Below, piece by piece: positions 18,418-28,477 of a stretch of DNA of 64,000 nucleotides; the first letter of the stretch is position 1, and each line of letters starts with the position of its first letter. Made by a program: the position numbers and the translations under genes. The notes below the pieces were generated by a model, which was given only the letters and a program-made list of their open reading frames with translations, had not been told where the DNA came from and ran no database searches. Source of the DNA: Candidatus Nomurabacteria bacterium (GTDB taxonomy: Bacteria > Patescibacteriota > Minisyncoccia > Phycocordibacterales > SBAW01); NCBI GenBank assembly GCA_943348815.1, contig CALQYT010000003.1, positions 4,679-68,678 on the forward strand, read 5' to 3'.

Positions 18418-20505
18418 TTAAATATCTAGGTTAGCGAGCTTGGCGTTGGATTGGATAAACGATTTGCGGCTCGAGACGTCCTCGCCCATCAGGATATCAA
18501 AGATTTTATCAGCGTCTTGCGCGTCTTCAATATTGACCAACTTGAGCACGCGGTTGTCTGGGTTCATGGTCGTCTCCCACAGCTCTTCGGGGTTCATTTC
18601 GCCCAAGCCTTTGTAACGTTGGATCGAAACCTTGCTGCTTTTCTTTTTGACCTCAACTTCTTCCACACCTTTTTCTTCGTCCGCCACAGCGTTGGCGTCG
18701 GCGGGGTCATCACCCGAAAGCTCAGTCTCTATCTCGTCTTTGCCAACCTTGGCGTTTTTTTCCTCATCAGAATAGGCGTAGCTAATTTCTTTGCCTTTTT
18801 TGATTTTATACAACGGCGGTTGCGCAATAAACAGGTAGCCGCCCTCAACTACCGGACGGAAGTGCCGGAAAAAGAGTGTGAGGAGGAGCGTGCGGATGTG
18901 TGCGCCGTCTACATCGGCATCGGTCGCGATAATTATTTTGTGATAGCGGAGTTTAGAAAGATCAAACACATCGCCTATCGCGGTACCCAGCGCCAAAATA
19001 AGGTGCTTAATTTCTTGCGACATGAGCATTTTGTCCAAGCGCGCACGCTCAACGTTGAGTATCTTGCCGCGCAACGGGAGTATTGCTTGCGTGCGGCGAT
19101 CGCGGCCTTGTTTGGCCGAGCCGCCTGCGGAGTCGCCCTCTACGATAAAGATCTCCGACTCGCTTGCCTCTTTGCTTTGACAATCCGCTAGTTTGCCCGG
19201 CAGACCAAAACCCTCGAGGGCGCCTTTGCGCAGCACCGAGTCTTTGGCCGCCTTAGCCGCTTTGCGCGCCTTAAGCGCTAATACCGCCTTGCCGGCTATA
19301 AAGCGCGCGTCCTCCGGATTTTCCTCGAGCCAGGCCGAAAAGGCTTCGCTAAATACGGTTTCTACCGCGCCGCGTGCCTCAACACTGCCTAGTTTTGCCT
19401 TAGTTTGCCCTTCAAACTGGATTTCGCGCAGCTTAACCGAGACGACGGCCGACAAGCCTTCGAGTACATCCTCGCCGGTAAAGTTTTCTTCGCTTTCCTT
19501 CAGTGCGCCGGATTTGCGCGCGTAAGCGTTGAGGGTGCGCGTGAGCGAAGTCCTAAATCCGGTTACATGCGCACCGCCCTCACTCGTGTAGATATTGTTG
19601 GCAAACGGGAGCACGCGCGCGGTGATGTCGTCGACATACTGGAGTGCAATCTCCACGCCGACACCGGCCTCCTCCTTCTCTACATAAAAAATATTTTTGT
19701 GCACCGGCTTTTGGCTCCGGTTAGTAAACGAAATGAGCGAGCGCAAGCCGCCCTCGAAATAAAATGACTGCGAGGGCTCCGCGTGCAAAAGATTGCGGAT
19801 ATACAACTCTTCGCCCACTGCCGGAATTTTTACCTCGGCCTTACGGGCATCAATGATCGTGATCCGCAGTCCTTTAACCAAGTAGGCTTGCTCGCGGAGG
19901 TGCGCCACTATTTTGTCAAAGTCGTAGGTAACGCCGCCGGTAAAGATGTCAGGGTCTGCCGCAAACGAAGTCACCGTGCCGTGGAGTTTGGAGCTGCCAA
20001 GCTTTTTGACCGCGGCCTTCTTTTTGCCGAGCCCGTATTCCTGCACATACGCACTGCCTTCGCGGTGCACCTCGACCACCACCTTAGTCGAGAGCGCGTT
20101 GACTACCGCGGCACCCACACCGTGAAGACCGCCGGAGACTTTGTACCCTTCGCCGCCAAATTTACCACCAGCGTGCAGCGTGGTCATAACCGTCTCGAGT
20201 GCGCTTACTTTGGTTTGTTTGTGGACATCAACCGGGATACCGCGGCCGTTGTCGGCAACACGCACAACACTACCGGGCAAGAGTACTACCTCAATATCGT
20301 CGGCAAAGCCGCCCATTGCCTCGTCGCGTGAGTTGTCAAAAATTTCCCACACCAGGTGATGCAGGCCATCGGGGCCGGTGGTGCCGATGTACATGCCGGG
20401 GCGACGGCGTACGGCCTCGAGCCCTTCCAACACCGTAATATCGGCAGCGGAATAACTGCCCTGCCTGCCGGCAGGCAGGCTTTTTTTGTCTTTAGAGTCG
20501 GCCAT
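18418..20505 (-). CDS. gyrB: DNA gyrase subunit B (type IIA topoisomerase ATPase subunit)
   Basis: GHKL ATPase N-terminus (LEAVRRRPGMYIG), Toprim domain, and a C-terminal QRYKGLGEMNPEELWETTMNP tail. ParE cannot be excluded. Confidence 0.85.
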   Translation of the reverse strand: MADSKDKKSLPAGRQGSYSAADITVLEGLEAVRRRPGMYIGTTGPDGLHHLVWEIFDNSRDEAMGGFADDIEVVLLPGSVVRVADNGRGIPVDVHKQTKVSALETVMTTLHAGGKFGGEGYKVSGGLHGVGAAVVNALSTKVVVEVHREGSAYVQEYGLGKKKAAVKKLGSSKLHGTVTSFAADPDIFTGGVTYDFDKIVAHLREQAYLVKGLRITIIDARKAEVKIPAVGEELYIRNLLHAEPSQSFYFEGGLRSLISFTNRSQKPVHKNIFYVEKEEAGVGVEIALQYVDDITARVLPFANNIYTSEGGAHVTGFRTSLTRTLNAYARKSGALKESEENFTGEDVLEGLSAVVSVKLREIQFEGQTKAKLGSVEARGAVETVFSEAFSAWLEENPEDARFIAGKAVLALKARKAAKAAKDSVLRKGALEGFGLPGKLADCQSKEASESEIFIVEGDSAGGSAKQGRDRRTQAILPLRGKILNVERARLDKMLMSQEIKHLILALGTAIGDVFDLSKLRYHKIIIATDADVDGAHIRTLLLTLFFRHFRPVVEGGYLFIAQPPLYKIKKGKEISYAYSDEEKNAKVGKDEIETELSGDDPADANAVADEEKGVEEVEVKKKSSKVSIQRYKGLGEMNPEELWETTMNPDNRVLKLVNIEDAQDADKIFDILMGEDVSSRKSFIQSNAKLANLDI

Positions 20506-20533
20506 ATTCTTACTCCTTTATTGTACCAAAATA

Positions 20534-22333
20534 CTAGCGTATTTCAAAGCCCTTATCCACCAAAATAGCCCCTATTTTAGCCATAATTTGGTTGACTTCC
20601 ACCTCGGTTAGTGTCCTATCAAACGACTGAAAGATTATGCGGTAGGCGAGCGAAGTTTTGCCTACTTTTTCGAACCGGTCAAACAGGGTTACTTTGTGCG
20701 CCAATTCCCCTGCTGCTTGTTTAATCTGGTTCAGTACCTCGACAGGCTCGGTAGCATTTGGTACCCAAATGGCAACATCGCGCACAATATAGGGATATTG
20801 CGAAAATGGTTTAAATGGACTGAGATCATAGCGCTTTGGCTCGTACTCCTTACCGTACTCCTCAAGTTTGGCGACATTTAGATTGTCGTGCGTTGGAGTA
20901 CCCTCCCATGCAACTTCTGTCATACACAATTCCACATATTCGCCCGCTGTTGGAAATACCGAACCGACTTCAAACAATTTTGGCTTCCTGTTAGGCGGCA
21001 AGATGAGCGGCGCGTATTCTTTTGCTTTCTTGAGCGCGTCTGTAAGCCCTTCTTCAAGTGAAGTTCGCAGATACGGTCTACTCTTATCCAATGGATTTGC
21101 GAGCAAAATGTCACCCTTTTTTGCAAACGACTGTGTCGAAACCTCAATGAATCCTTGTTCGACCAATTCATCTTTCATGCGCTCGATACCGCAAAATCGC
21201 GCCTGATCCGGTGACACAGATGGTGCGGGAAGCTCTTTAGGCGCAACGCGGTCGTAGCCCAAAATACGACCCGTCTCTTCCGCGAGATCTTCGGGGATAG
21301 TTAGATCAGTACGCTCGAAGGGTGGAGTCACCGTAAATTCCTCACCATCCACTTTGGTTATAAGATTGAGGCGTTTAAATACATTGAGAATTTCTTCTTG
21401 CGAGAAATCGGAACCCAAGAGTCCGTTGATACGACTTCGGGTCGTTGTGACTGATGCAAGTTGCTTCGGGGACGGATAAAAATCCACAGCACCGATGAAT
21501 TCCCCACCCGCAATCTCTTTGAGGAGTGCAAGGATGTCGCGCATGCCATAGGCACATAGTTGTGGTGACGGGCGGTTTTGATAACGCTGGCTCGCGTCCG
21601 TAAAGAGTTTTAACTTCTGACTCGCACGGCGGATTAACGTACCATCGTAATTCCCCACCGAAAGAAAAATGTCTGTCGTAGATTCTGTTACGCCTGAATC
21701 AAGGCCGCCCTTAATACCCGCGATGTCGAGCAGTGTCCCCCCGACCGCATCAGTAAAGACAAACATATCTTCCGAAAGCTCATATGTTTCTCCGGTGAGC
21801 ACCTTAATCTTTTCTCCGGTTTTTGCGCGGCGGATAGAAATCTTCGTGACGCCATTTTCAAGTTGAATTTTGCCGAGATCGAATACGCCTGAGGGTTGTC
21901 CGATGTCGAGCAAAACATAATTCAAGATGTCTACGACATTGTTAATGGAGCGTTGACCAACCGTGGCGAGCGCGTCTTTGAGCCACTCTGGAGACGGCCC
22001 AACTTTTACACCACGGATGATAGCGCCCATATGCCTTACAACGTACGCAGGGTCAGTCTCGATAACGAGCTTGTCGGTTTCTTTAAGCGGGGTCAATGGC
22101 TCACGTAGAGGATCGTATTTTAAAGGAATACCGAGGGTAGCAGAAAGTTCATAGGCAATTCCTCGATGTGAGAGTGCATAGCCGGCCCTGTCTGGAAGCA
22201 CTTTTAGATCGAGTAGGTCTCCTTCTTGTTCCTCAACTTCAAATGCATGAAAAGTGAAGGTATCGGCAAAAACCTGCCCTTCGGGCAGCTCCTCGTTAAA
22301 GTATTTTTGTAGCCATTTACGCGAGACTTTCAT
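20534..22333 (-). CDS. pheT: Phenylalanyl-tRNA synthetase beta subunit (short 599-aa form)
   Basis: B3/B4, B5 and catalytic-like domains plus a C-terminal FDX anticodon-binding domain. It overlaps pheS by 4 nt. Confidence 0.9.
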   Translation of the reverse strand: MKVSRKWLQKYFNEELPEGQVFADTFTFHAFEVEEQEGDLLDLKVLPDRAGYALSHRGIAYELSATLGIPLKYDPLREPLTPLKETDKLVIETDPAYVVRHMGAIIRGVKVGPSPEWLKDALATVGQRSINNVVDILNYVLLDIGQPSGVFDLGKIQLENGVTKISIRRAKTGEKIKVLTGETYELSEDMFVFTDAVGGTLLDIAGIKGGLDSGVTESTTDIFLSVGNYDGTLIRRASQKLKLFTDASQRYQNRPSPQLCAYGMRDILALLKEIAGGEFIGAVDFYPSPKQLASVTTTRSRINGLLGSDFSQEEILNVFKRLNLITKVDGEEFTVTPPFERTDLTIPEDLAEETGRILGYDRVAPKELPAPSVSPDQARFCGIERMKDELVEQGFIEVSTQSFAKKGDILLANPLDKSRPYLRTSLEEGLTDALKKAKEYAPLILPPNRKPKLFEVGSVFPTAGEYVELCMTEVAWEGTPTHDNLNVAKLEEYGKEYEPKRYDLSPFKPFSQYPYIVRDVAIWVPNATEPVEVLNQIKQAAGELAHKVTLFDRFEKVGKTSLAYRIIFQSFDRTLTEVEVNQIMAKIGAILVDKGFEIR

Positions 22334-23085
22334 GCTGATTTTTTATAAAACGCATCGACAAAACGGGCGTCACCATTATGAAAAAGGCGCACGTCAGGAA
22401 CGCCATATTTCACCATTATCGCGCGCTCAAGACCCGGACCAAAAGCAAAGCCTGCGACCTTTTCAGGATCAAGCCCGGCATTACGAATAACATTCGGGTG
22501 GAGCATGCCCGCGCCGAACATCTCGAGCCACCGCCCTTCTTTACCCGGAGCCTCGAACCACAGATCAACTTCTACAGATGGTTCGGTAAATGGGAAGAAG
22601 CTGGGGCGAAAGCGCACTTTTGCATCAATGCCGAGAAACTCTTGATAAAACCGCACCCAGGTACCTTTAAGATGGGCAAGCGTTACGCTACCGATTGGAC
22701 CAACGGCAAAACCGTCATACTGGTGAAATTGTGCCTCATGGGTGGCATCTGTCGCCTCGTTTCGGAAAGCCTTGCCGATGCAAAGCATGCGCTTCTCCGT
22801 CTCGCCTGCTTTCGCCATCTTCTCGAGCTCGCGAATAGTGACGGCCGTAGTGTGTGTGCGCAAAACCGTGCCGGGAAAGTCTTTAACCCAGAAGGTATCC
22901 TGCATATCGCGCGCAGGGTGATCCGGGGGGACATTGAGTGCAGTAAAGTTGTACCACTCACTCTCCATTTCAGGACCATAGGCGATCCCGAACCCCATCT
23001 TGCCGAAGATAGTCGCAATATCGCGCGTAGCGACACTCATAGGGTGCAAATGCCCCTTTACATCGGCTCCCCCTTCATTGTTCAT
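22330..23085 (-). CDS. pheS: Phenylalanyl-tRNA synthetase alpha subunit (short 251-aa form)
   Basis: Class II core motifs (FFPFTEPSVEVD, GAGMLHPNV, GFAFGPGLERAIM). Confidence 0.9.
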   Translation of the reverse strand: MNNEGGADVKGHLHPMSVATRDIATIFGKMGFGIAYGPEMESEWYNFTALNVPPDHPARDMQDTFWVKDFPGTVLRTHTTAVTIRELEKMAKAGETEKRMLCIGKAFRNEATDATHEAQFHQYDGFAVGPIGSVTLAHLKGTWVRFYQEFLGIDAKVRFRPSFFPFTEPSVEVDLWFEAPGKEGRWLEMFGAGMLHPNVIRNAGLDPEKVAGFAFGPGLERAIMVKYGVPDVRLFHNGDARFVDAFYKKSA

Positions 23086-23105
23086 ACAGGGGATTATACG
23101 CTATA

Positions 23106-24350
23106 GTGGCTGTCATGGATATTGGGGCCCTTGGCCTTTATGTATGCCTGTTTGTGGCCCTCTATTTTGAGGTCTTTTTGATGATTTCTTTCCTCGAAAA
23201 GCGCCCCGAAAAAAAGACCAAAATCTTGCCCCGTCACTACCCGACGGTTTCCATGCTCGTACCCTGCTTTAACGAGGGCAAGACGCTCGCCGGCACACTC
23301 GACTCCTTGTTGGCACTTGAGTACCCCAAAGACAAGTTGGACATCGTAGTTATCGACGATGGTTCGCGCGACAATACGGCAACGATCGCACAAGAGTACG
23401 TGGCAAAGCATCCGGAGCGGATTTCTTTCTTCCAAAAACCAAATGGTGGCAAATACACCGCGCTTAACTTGGGGATAGAAAAGAGCCACGGCGAAATTTT
23501 GGGCTGCCTCGATGCCGACTCGTTTGTAGTGGCTGATGCGCTAATAGAAGCGGTCAAAAAGTTTGAGACCGACGCCTCGATTATGGCCATTACTCCGGCA
23601 ATGAAAGTGTACCGTCCGCGTACGATTTTGGAGCTGATACAGCAGGTCGAATATACGTTCGGCATCTTTTATAAAAAAATGTTCGACAACCTTTCGGCCA
23701 TCAACGTATTGCCCGGCCCCTTCTCTATTTACAAACGTGCGGTGTTTGAAAAGATAGGCAACTTCCGCCACGCCCACAATACCGAAGACATGGAGATAGC
23801 CTTCCGCATGCACGCCAACGGGCTGCGTATTGTCAATGCACACACGGCCGAGGTATACACCACCGTGCCTAAGACGATTCGCGCTCTGCTGCGCCAGCGC
23901 ACGCGCTGGTCGCAAGGATTCCTCCAAAACGCCCGCGACTATGCCTACATGTTTTTTAACCGCCGCTACGGAAATTTTGGTCTCTTAATCTTGCCGTTTT
24001 GTCTTGTCTCGATGTGCGCCGGCATATACACCGCGCTCTACGCCGCCTACCGGGTATGCTCGTTTGCAACCGCGCGAGCACTAGAGTTTTTTGCCGCGGG
24101 TGTACCGCCGCACTTCCCCGTGGCACACCTCGACTGGTTTTACGTCAACACCACCATGATGACGTTTGTCGTCGGCTCGGTACTTTCGCTCACCCTCGTT
24201 GCTATCTTGCTTGGCAGCCGGTTGTCTGAAGCGCGACTGACCTTTAAATCGTTTGTCGTCTACTTTGCGTTTTTTGGTCTGCTTGCACCGCTTTGGTTGA
24301 TGCGCGCTACCTGGGGCGCACTCCTTGCACAAGAGAGCCGTTGGCGTTAG
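23106..24350 (+). CDS. Family 2 processive glycosyltransferase (PgaC/IcaA/NodC-like synthase) with C-terminal TM helices
   Basis: DDGSRDNT, LDADSF and QRTRWSQG (QxxRW) motifs, and four or more C-terminal TM segments. Confidence 0.8.
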   Translation: MAVMDIGALGLYVCLFVALYFEVFLMISFLEKRPEKKTKILPRHYPTVSMLVPCFNEGKTLAGTLDSLLALEYPKDKLDIVVIDDGSRDNTATIAQEYVAKHPERISFFQKPNGGKYTALNLGIEKSHGEILGCLDADSFVVADALIEAVKKFETDASIMAITPAMKVYRPRTILELIQQVEYTFGIFYKKMFDNLSAINVLPGPFSIYKRAVFEKIGNFRHAHNTEDMEIAFRMHANGLRIVNAHTAEVYTTVPKTIRALLRQRTRWSQGFLQNARDYAYMFFNRRYGNFGLLILPFCLVSMCAGIYTALYAAYRVCSFATARALEFFAAGVPPHFPVAHLDWFYVNTTMMTFVVGSVLSLTLVAILLGSRLSEARLTFKSFVVYFAFFGLLAPLWLMRATWGALLAQESRWR

Positions 24351-24359
24351 AGTGCTCTC

Positions 24360-25037
24360 GTGAATTATCAAAAGTATGCACTTGCGTTTGTCATTACGGC
24401 AGCCATTTTTGGCACCGCGTTTTATATTGCCAACCGGCTCGACGCTCGCCGCATTTCTGACATCCGCACCACGCAAGAGGCGGTAGCAACCGATATACTC
24501 TCGCTCGAAACCCAGTTTGACCTCTTAGGTAGCATCGACTGTGCCACACTCCCTGACACGCCTATTCTCTCCGAAGAGCTCGCTTCGCTAGCCTCGCGCC
24601 TTAGTGTGGCCGAGCAAAATTTAGGGAGTAACAATGTCGAGGTCTTGGCGCTCAAAAAACAATATACGCTGTTGGAACTAAAAGACTACGTGCTGATGCG
24701 TCAGATAACACAAAAATGCCCGAAGTTTAAACCGGTCTACGTTTTGTATTTTTATTCTAACCAAGGCGACTGCCCACAGTGCACGGCGATGGGCGACGTC
24801 CTCACCTACCTGCGACAAGAATACCCGGCGCTGCGCGTCTACTCGTTTGACTATCACCTCGACCTCTCGGCTCTGCGCACCCTACTTACCCTGCGCAAAA
24901 TCGATGCAGAAAAAGGTCTCCCTGCCTTTGCGGTCAACAATCGCGCCGCGGTCTATGGGGTTAAAGATCTCGAGGAGACCACCAAGCTGATCCCCGAACT
25001 GAAAACCCTTGCTACAAGTACTCCTTCCTCTCAGTAA
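24360..25037 (+). CDS. Membrane-anchored thioredoxin-like protein with a CPQC motif
   Basis: N-terminal TM, then YFYSNQGDCPQCTAMGDVL, a CxxC in a thioredoxin-fold context. The track start at 24360 is a GTG. Confidence 0.4.
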   Translation: MNYQKYALAFVITAAIFGTAFYIANRLDARRISDIRTTQEAVATDILSLETQFDLLGSIDCATLPDTPILSEELASLASRLSVAEQNLGSNNVEVLALKKQYTLLELKDYVLMRQITQKCPKFKPVYVLYFYSNQGDCPQCTAMGDVLTYLRQEYPALRVYSFDYHLDLSALRTLLTLRKIDAEKGLPAFAVNNRAAVYGVKDLEETTKLIPELKTLATSTPSSQ

Positions 25038-25084
25038 CACTCACCTCTGTAGATTGCAGAGCATTCTTGCCCGCAATATCCGGA

Positions 25085-26089
25085 TTAGCCTTGCTTGCTG
25101 AGAACAAGCGCGATTTCGTCTTTGGAATCCTCATCCAGTTCAGGCAACGCTGCGGGTATACCCGCAGCGTGAGTAAAACCGTGTTCAATTTCGGTGAGGA
25201 TCACCCCATCAAGATCGTGTGGTGTGATGTTGATTCCCATAGTGGAACAGTGTTCTCTCATAAACTCTTGGCTCATATGCTGTATATATTCTTTTACAGC
25301 TTCCTCGTCTATCTCTCTTAAAAGATCCCTACTAAGCAAACCGTGTCTGCGCAGCTCCTCCATAGAAATTTCTTGGTCGTATATATCTGGATACGCCCGT
25401 ACCGCAGTCCAAAAAGTTCCCAGTTTTCTTCTATAGAGGTTTAACACGTCGTCAACTTTACCACCATCGATATTTTTGTCTTTAAAGTGCTGACGTAACG
25501 CCTCTCGATTTTCCATTTCCTTTTTCAAAACATCGCTGAGCAAATTACCTTGCTTATGGCCGCTCATTCCGCCGAGTCCGTGTTCCCAGTGCGGCATCGC
25601 TTCCATAAAAGTGTCTCGGTCATTTTTATCCATCAACCCGTTTTCTACCAAATCTTGGAATGCGCCACGCAAGGCCAATCTGGTGGCAAAAACATGAGGA
25701 AGTGGGAGGGTGGCGCCACCATGAAGAAACCGCCGCGCTAAATCAGCGTCCGCTTTAGCTTGCGGAGACCTAAAGTCCTTGCTGCGCTCATCGATTGAAA
25801 GTTTGAGGTTAGGACGAACCTCGCGATCGAATCTCGTTTCAACTGCGTGAATAAACTTTGGCCAGAATCCTTTTTTATAAATATGGGAATTCGCGTCAGT
25901 GTCTTTTTCTAAATCATCCAAAAAAACATCAACTTTTTTGCATTCATTGAAAAATTGCTCAACCGAAGAAATGCCTTCCGGTGACGCCCCTACAATCCCC
26001 CGATGGGCTTTCTTATCTGACCCAAGTGTATCGTCGTCAGGTCGGGCAAATACTGGTCTGTTTTCCTTCATATGCTCAAATAGTAGCAT
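25085..26089 (-). CDS. Hypothetical protein (334 aa)
   Basis: Long ORF with no recognisable domain and no TM segment. Confidence 0.4.
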   Translation of the reverse strand: MLLFEHMKENRPVFARPDDDTLGSDKKAHRGIVGASPEGISSVEQFFNECKKVDVFLDDLEKDTDANSHIYKKGFWPKFIHAVETRFDREVRPNLKLSIDERSKDFRSPQAKADADLARRFLHGGATLPLPHVFATRLALRGAFQDLVENGLMDKNDRDTFMEAMPHWEHGLGGMSGHKQGNLLSDVLKKEMENREALRQHFKDKNIDGGKVDDVLNLYRRKLGTFWTAVRAYPDIYDQEISMEELRRHGLLSRDLLREIDEEAVKEYIQHMSQEFMREHCSTMGINITPHDLDGVILTEIEHGFTHAAGIPAALPELDEDSKDEIALVLSKQG

Positions 26090-26108
26090 CGCTTAAATCT
26101 TTCATTTC

Positions 26109-26184
26109 TGGAGCCAGCGCGAGGATTCGAACCCCGGACCAATCCCTTACAAAGGGACCGCTCTACCAACTGAGCTACGCTGGC
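26109..26184 (-). tRNA. tRNA-Thr (anticodon UGU)
   Basis: The reverse complement folds as a 76-nt cloverleaf: GCCAGCG acceptor, D-arm GCTC/GAGC, anticodon loop TTTGTAA, T-arm GGTTCGAATCC, and an encoded CCA. Confidence 0.85.
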
Positions 26185-26782
26185 CTAAAACACTGTATTC
26201 AGCTATCCAACTCACGATATGTTTTAACAGCACCATATCCGAATACTGCACTGATACCGTACCATATTGCGACTTCTTTTTGTAACTCCCCTTCGTATTG
26301 AGGTGGGTATGGGAACGGTAAAACTGTTTGGGGGCAATATTGAGAGTCTTGCTCCAAAATTTCTTTATTAATTCCTCATTTTGATCTTGGTAATGATGCA
26401 GTGTTACGTGTAGACGACTTTCATCAATACCACAAATTTCTCTCAAGAATCGGACAAAAAGGGTGACCATGGCGGGATCAGAATTCGCCAAAGCAACGGT
26501 ATAACCCTTCTTTGTGCCCTCTCCCCAATAAAGCATGCTACCCGCGAGTTTAAGCTTTTCTTGCTTAGTAGTAAGTTTGGTAGCTAAAACAAATTCTTTC
26601 TTTTTGAACTTAGTGATATGGATATAGCGGACTGCTTCGCTAATACTTCTTTTTTGAACTTTGTATTTCTTAAGAACCCAACGGACGCGAGACGGATTAA
26701 CTTTGAGACGAAGAGCTATTTGTGTTTCAGAGAGTTTAGAAACCTTATATAGATCAACTATCTTTTTTTCCTCTTTATCCAC
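26147..26782 (-). CDS. HTH plus LAGLIDADG-like (homing-endonuclease-like) protein in a low-GC islet
   Basis: N-terminal HTH-like region (IVDLYKVSKLSETQIALRLKVNPSRV), then a KLAGSMLYWGEGTKKGYTVALANSD motif resembling LAGLIDADG (LAG...GEG). The gene is markedly AT-rich relative to its flanks. It starts with GTG, and its last ~12 codons overlap the tRNA-Thr gene. Confidence 0.45.
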   Translation of the reverse strand: MDKEEKKIVDLYKVSKLSETQIALRLKVNPSRVRWVLKKYKVQKRSISEAVRYIHITKFKKKEFVLATKLTTKQEKLKLAGSMLYWGEGTKKGYTVALANSDPAMVTLFVRFLREICGIDESRLHVTLHHYQDQNEELIKKFWSKTLNIAPKQFYRSHTHLNTKGSYKKKSQYGTVSVQYSDMVLLKHIVSWIAEYSVLGQRSSVGRAVPL

Positions 26783-26836
26783 TCATCAATTATAGTAGAC
26801 TGCCTATCTTAAAACAATTGGTCTGCTGTTGATAAA

Positions 26837-27241
26837 CTAATCCTCATAAATAGCGCCCTGCTCGCCATTTTGGAGGGCTTTTTTGTGTTCGGCAACCTCG
26901 CGCAAAAACTCTGAAGGCTGCTCGCCGCGCGGGGCCGAGGTGCTGTGGCGCAACAAGTGGAGCGTCCGCTCCAACAAACGCTCGGCATACAGCACCAAGA
27001 GCGCTACGAGGCGCAAGACAAACGCAAAGATGCGACGGTACCAATAGTGCACGGCACGACGCACGAGCGCGGGCAAGTGCCGCTCGACCGCCACTGCCGC
27101 TGAGCCCAAAAAGGCTCCGACATGCGGGCGACTCTGTGAGAGCAACATTTTGCCGGTCGTAAGCTCCCAGCGCTTAATGCTGAGCAGTGCCACCAGCCCC
27201 ACAATAGAAATACCAAGCAATACGACAAGGAAGATAACCAT
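26837..27241 (-). CDS. Small membrane protein (hypothetical)
   Basis: N-terminal TM (IFLVVLLGISIVGLVALL) and a second hydrophobic helix. It is in the same orientation as the downstream islet and upstream tsf. Confidence 0.35.
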   Translation of the reverse strand: MVIFLVVLLGISIVGLVALLSIKRWELTTGKMLLSQSRPHVGAFLGSAAVAVERHLPALVRRAVHYWYRRIFAFVLRLVALLVLYAERLLERTLHLLRHSTSAPRGEQPSEFLREVAEHKKALQNGEQGAIYED

Positions 27242-27278
27242 ACGTATAAGTATCAGGTATCAGGTGACAAGTATCAAG

Positions 27279-27734
27279 TTAACGCACAGAAAAGCAGCTC
27301 ATCTGGGTTATTTCAACACGCTCACCAAACTTTTGCGTCGCAGCAGCAATAAGGTCGGCAACGGTCTTAGACGGATCTTTAATGAAGGCTTGCCCCATCA
27401 ACTCCTCTACATTTTGCGGGCGCATCGCGGCAACATGCATAGCAATATCGCGTGCGAGCGTCGCAAAGTCCTCGTGTTTAGAAACAAAGTCGGTCTCGGA
27501 CTGGAGCAGTACAAGCGCGCCCACTTGGCCGGTGTTGTGCGTGTAGGCCGCAACGGTGCCGGCACCCAGCGCACGGTCAGCCTTTTTGCCGACCGACGCT
27601 TGCGCGCGAGCACTCAGCACCTCGAGCGCTTTTTGCAAGTCACCGTTGGCCTCGGTAAGCGCTTTTTTGCACTCCGCAAACGAAACGCCGGTGCGCTCGC
27701 GCAGCTCTTTGACCTGCTCGGAAGTAATATCCAT
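27279..27734 (-). CDS. tsf: Elongation factor Ts (short 151-aa form)
   Basis: UBA-like N-terminus ITSEQVKELRERTGVSFAECKKALTEANGDL. It is adjacent to rpsB, the classic rpsB-tsf operon. Confidence 0.85.
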   Translation of the reverse strand: MDITSEQVKELRERTGVSFAECKKALTEANGDLQKALEVLSARAQASVGKKADRALGAGTVAAYTHNTGQVGALVLLQSETDFVSKHEDFATLARDIAMHVAAMRPQNVEELMGQAFIKDPSKTVADLIAAATQKFGERVEITQMSCFSVR

Positions 27735-27746
27735 GTGCGTATGTTA

Positions 27747-28439
27747 CTACGCTACCGGGAGAGACTCCAGGTAACTCTTAGTAAGTTGATCGAGTACAAA
27801 CGAGATGGTTTCGCGCGAGGAGTCATTGCACGGTATCGGATACGCGATTTTTGTGCGGTCACAGTCGGAGTTCATAAGCGAGATAACGGGGATACCCAAC
27901 TGCACCGCCTCGGCAACCGCACCGGATTCTTTGCGCGGGTCTACCACGAGGAGTGCGTCGGGGAGTTTGGTCATGCCGCGCAAACCGCCAAACATGAGTT
28001 CGAGATCGGCAATCTCTTTATCAATGAGGCTGCGTTCGCGTTTGGTAAATTTGGCCAGCTCGCCCTTCTCGCGCATCGAGGAAAGTTCCTCAAGCCGCGC
28101 CAAACGTTTTTTGATTTCAGAAAAGTTGGTGAGCGACCCGCCGATCCAGCGGCCTGCACAGTACGGATGGCCAAGCACCCCGGCCGCGCGGCGGACGCTC
28201 TCGCGTGCCTGCGGTTGACCACCTACAAAGAGGATAGTTTTGCGCTCGGCAGCCAACGATTTGACGTACGCGACGGCCGCATCAAGGAGCGCCGCTACTT
28301 GCTCGAGATCAAACAGCTCTACCCCACCCTTTTGTCCAAAAATGTAGCGGGAGGTCGACGGATGACGGCGCGACGGTATAAGCCCAAAGTGTGCTCCGGC
28401 GGCAAAAAGCTTTTCGATGATTGGATTTTGTTCAGCCAT
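27747..28439 (-). CDS. rpsB: 30S ribosomal protein S2
   Basis: AGAHFGH-like N-terminus and the conserved S2 core; 230 aa. Confidence 0.9.
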   Translation of the reverse strand: MAEQNPIIEKLFAAGAHFGLIPSRRHPSTSRYIFGQKGGVELFDLEQVAALLDAAVAYVKSLAAERKTILFVGGQPQARESVRRAAGVLGHPYCAGRWIGGSLTNFSEIKKRLARLEELSSMREKGELAKFTKRERSLIDKEIADLELMFGGLRGMTKLPDALLVVDPRKESGAVAEAVQLGIPVISLMNSDCDRTKIAYPIPCNDSSRETISFVLDQLTKSYLESLPVA

Positions 28440-28477
28440 ATCAAAAAGGGCGCGAGCCCTTTAGTAGCAAGAGAATA

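Noticed and set aside
26109-26830. Integrated prophage or genomic island at tRNA-Thr
   Set aside because: The low-GC stretch is only about 0.7 kb and encodes a single endonuclease-like gene. No integrase, excisionase or direct-repeat att scar was seen.
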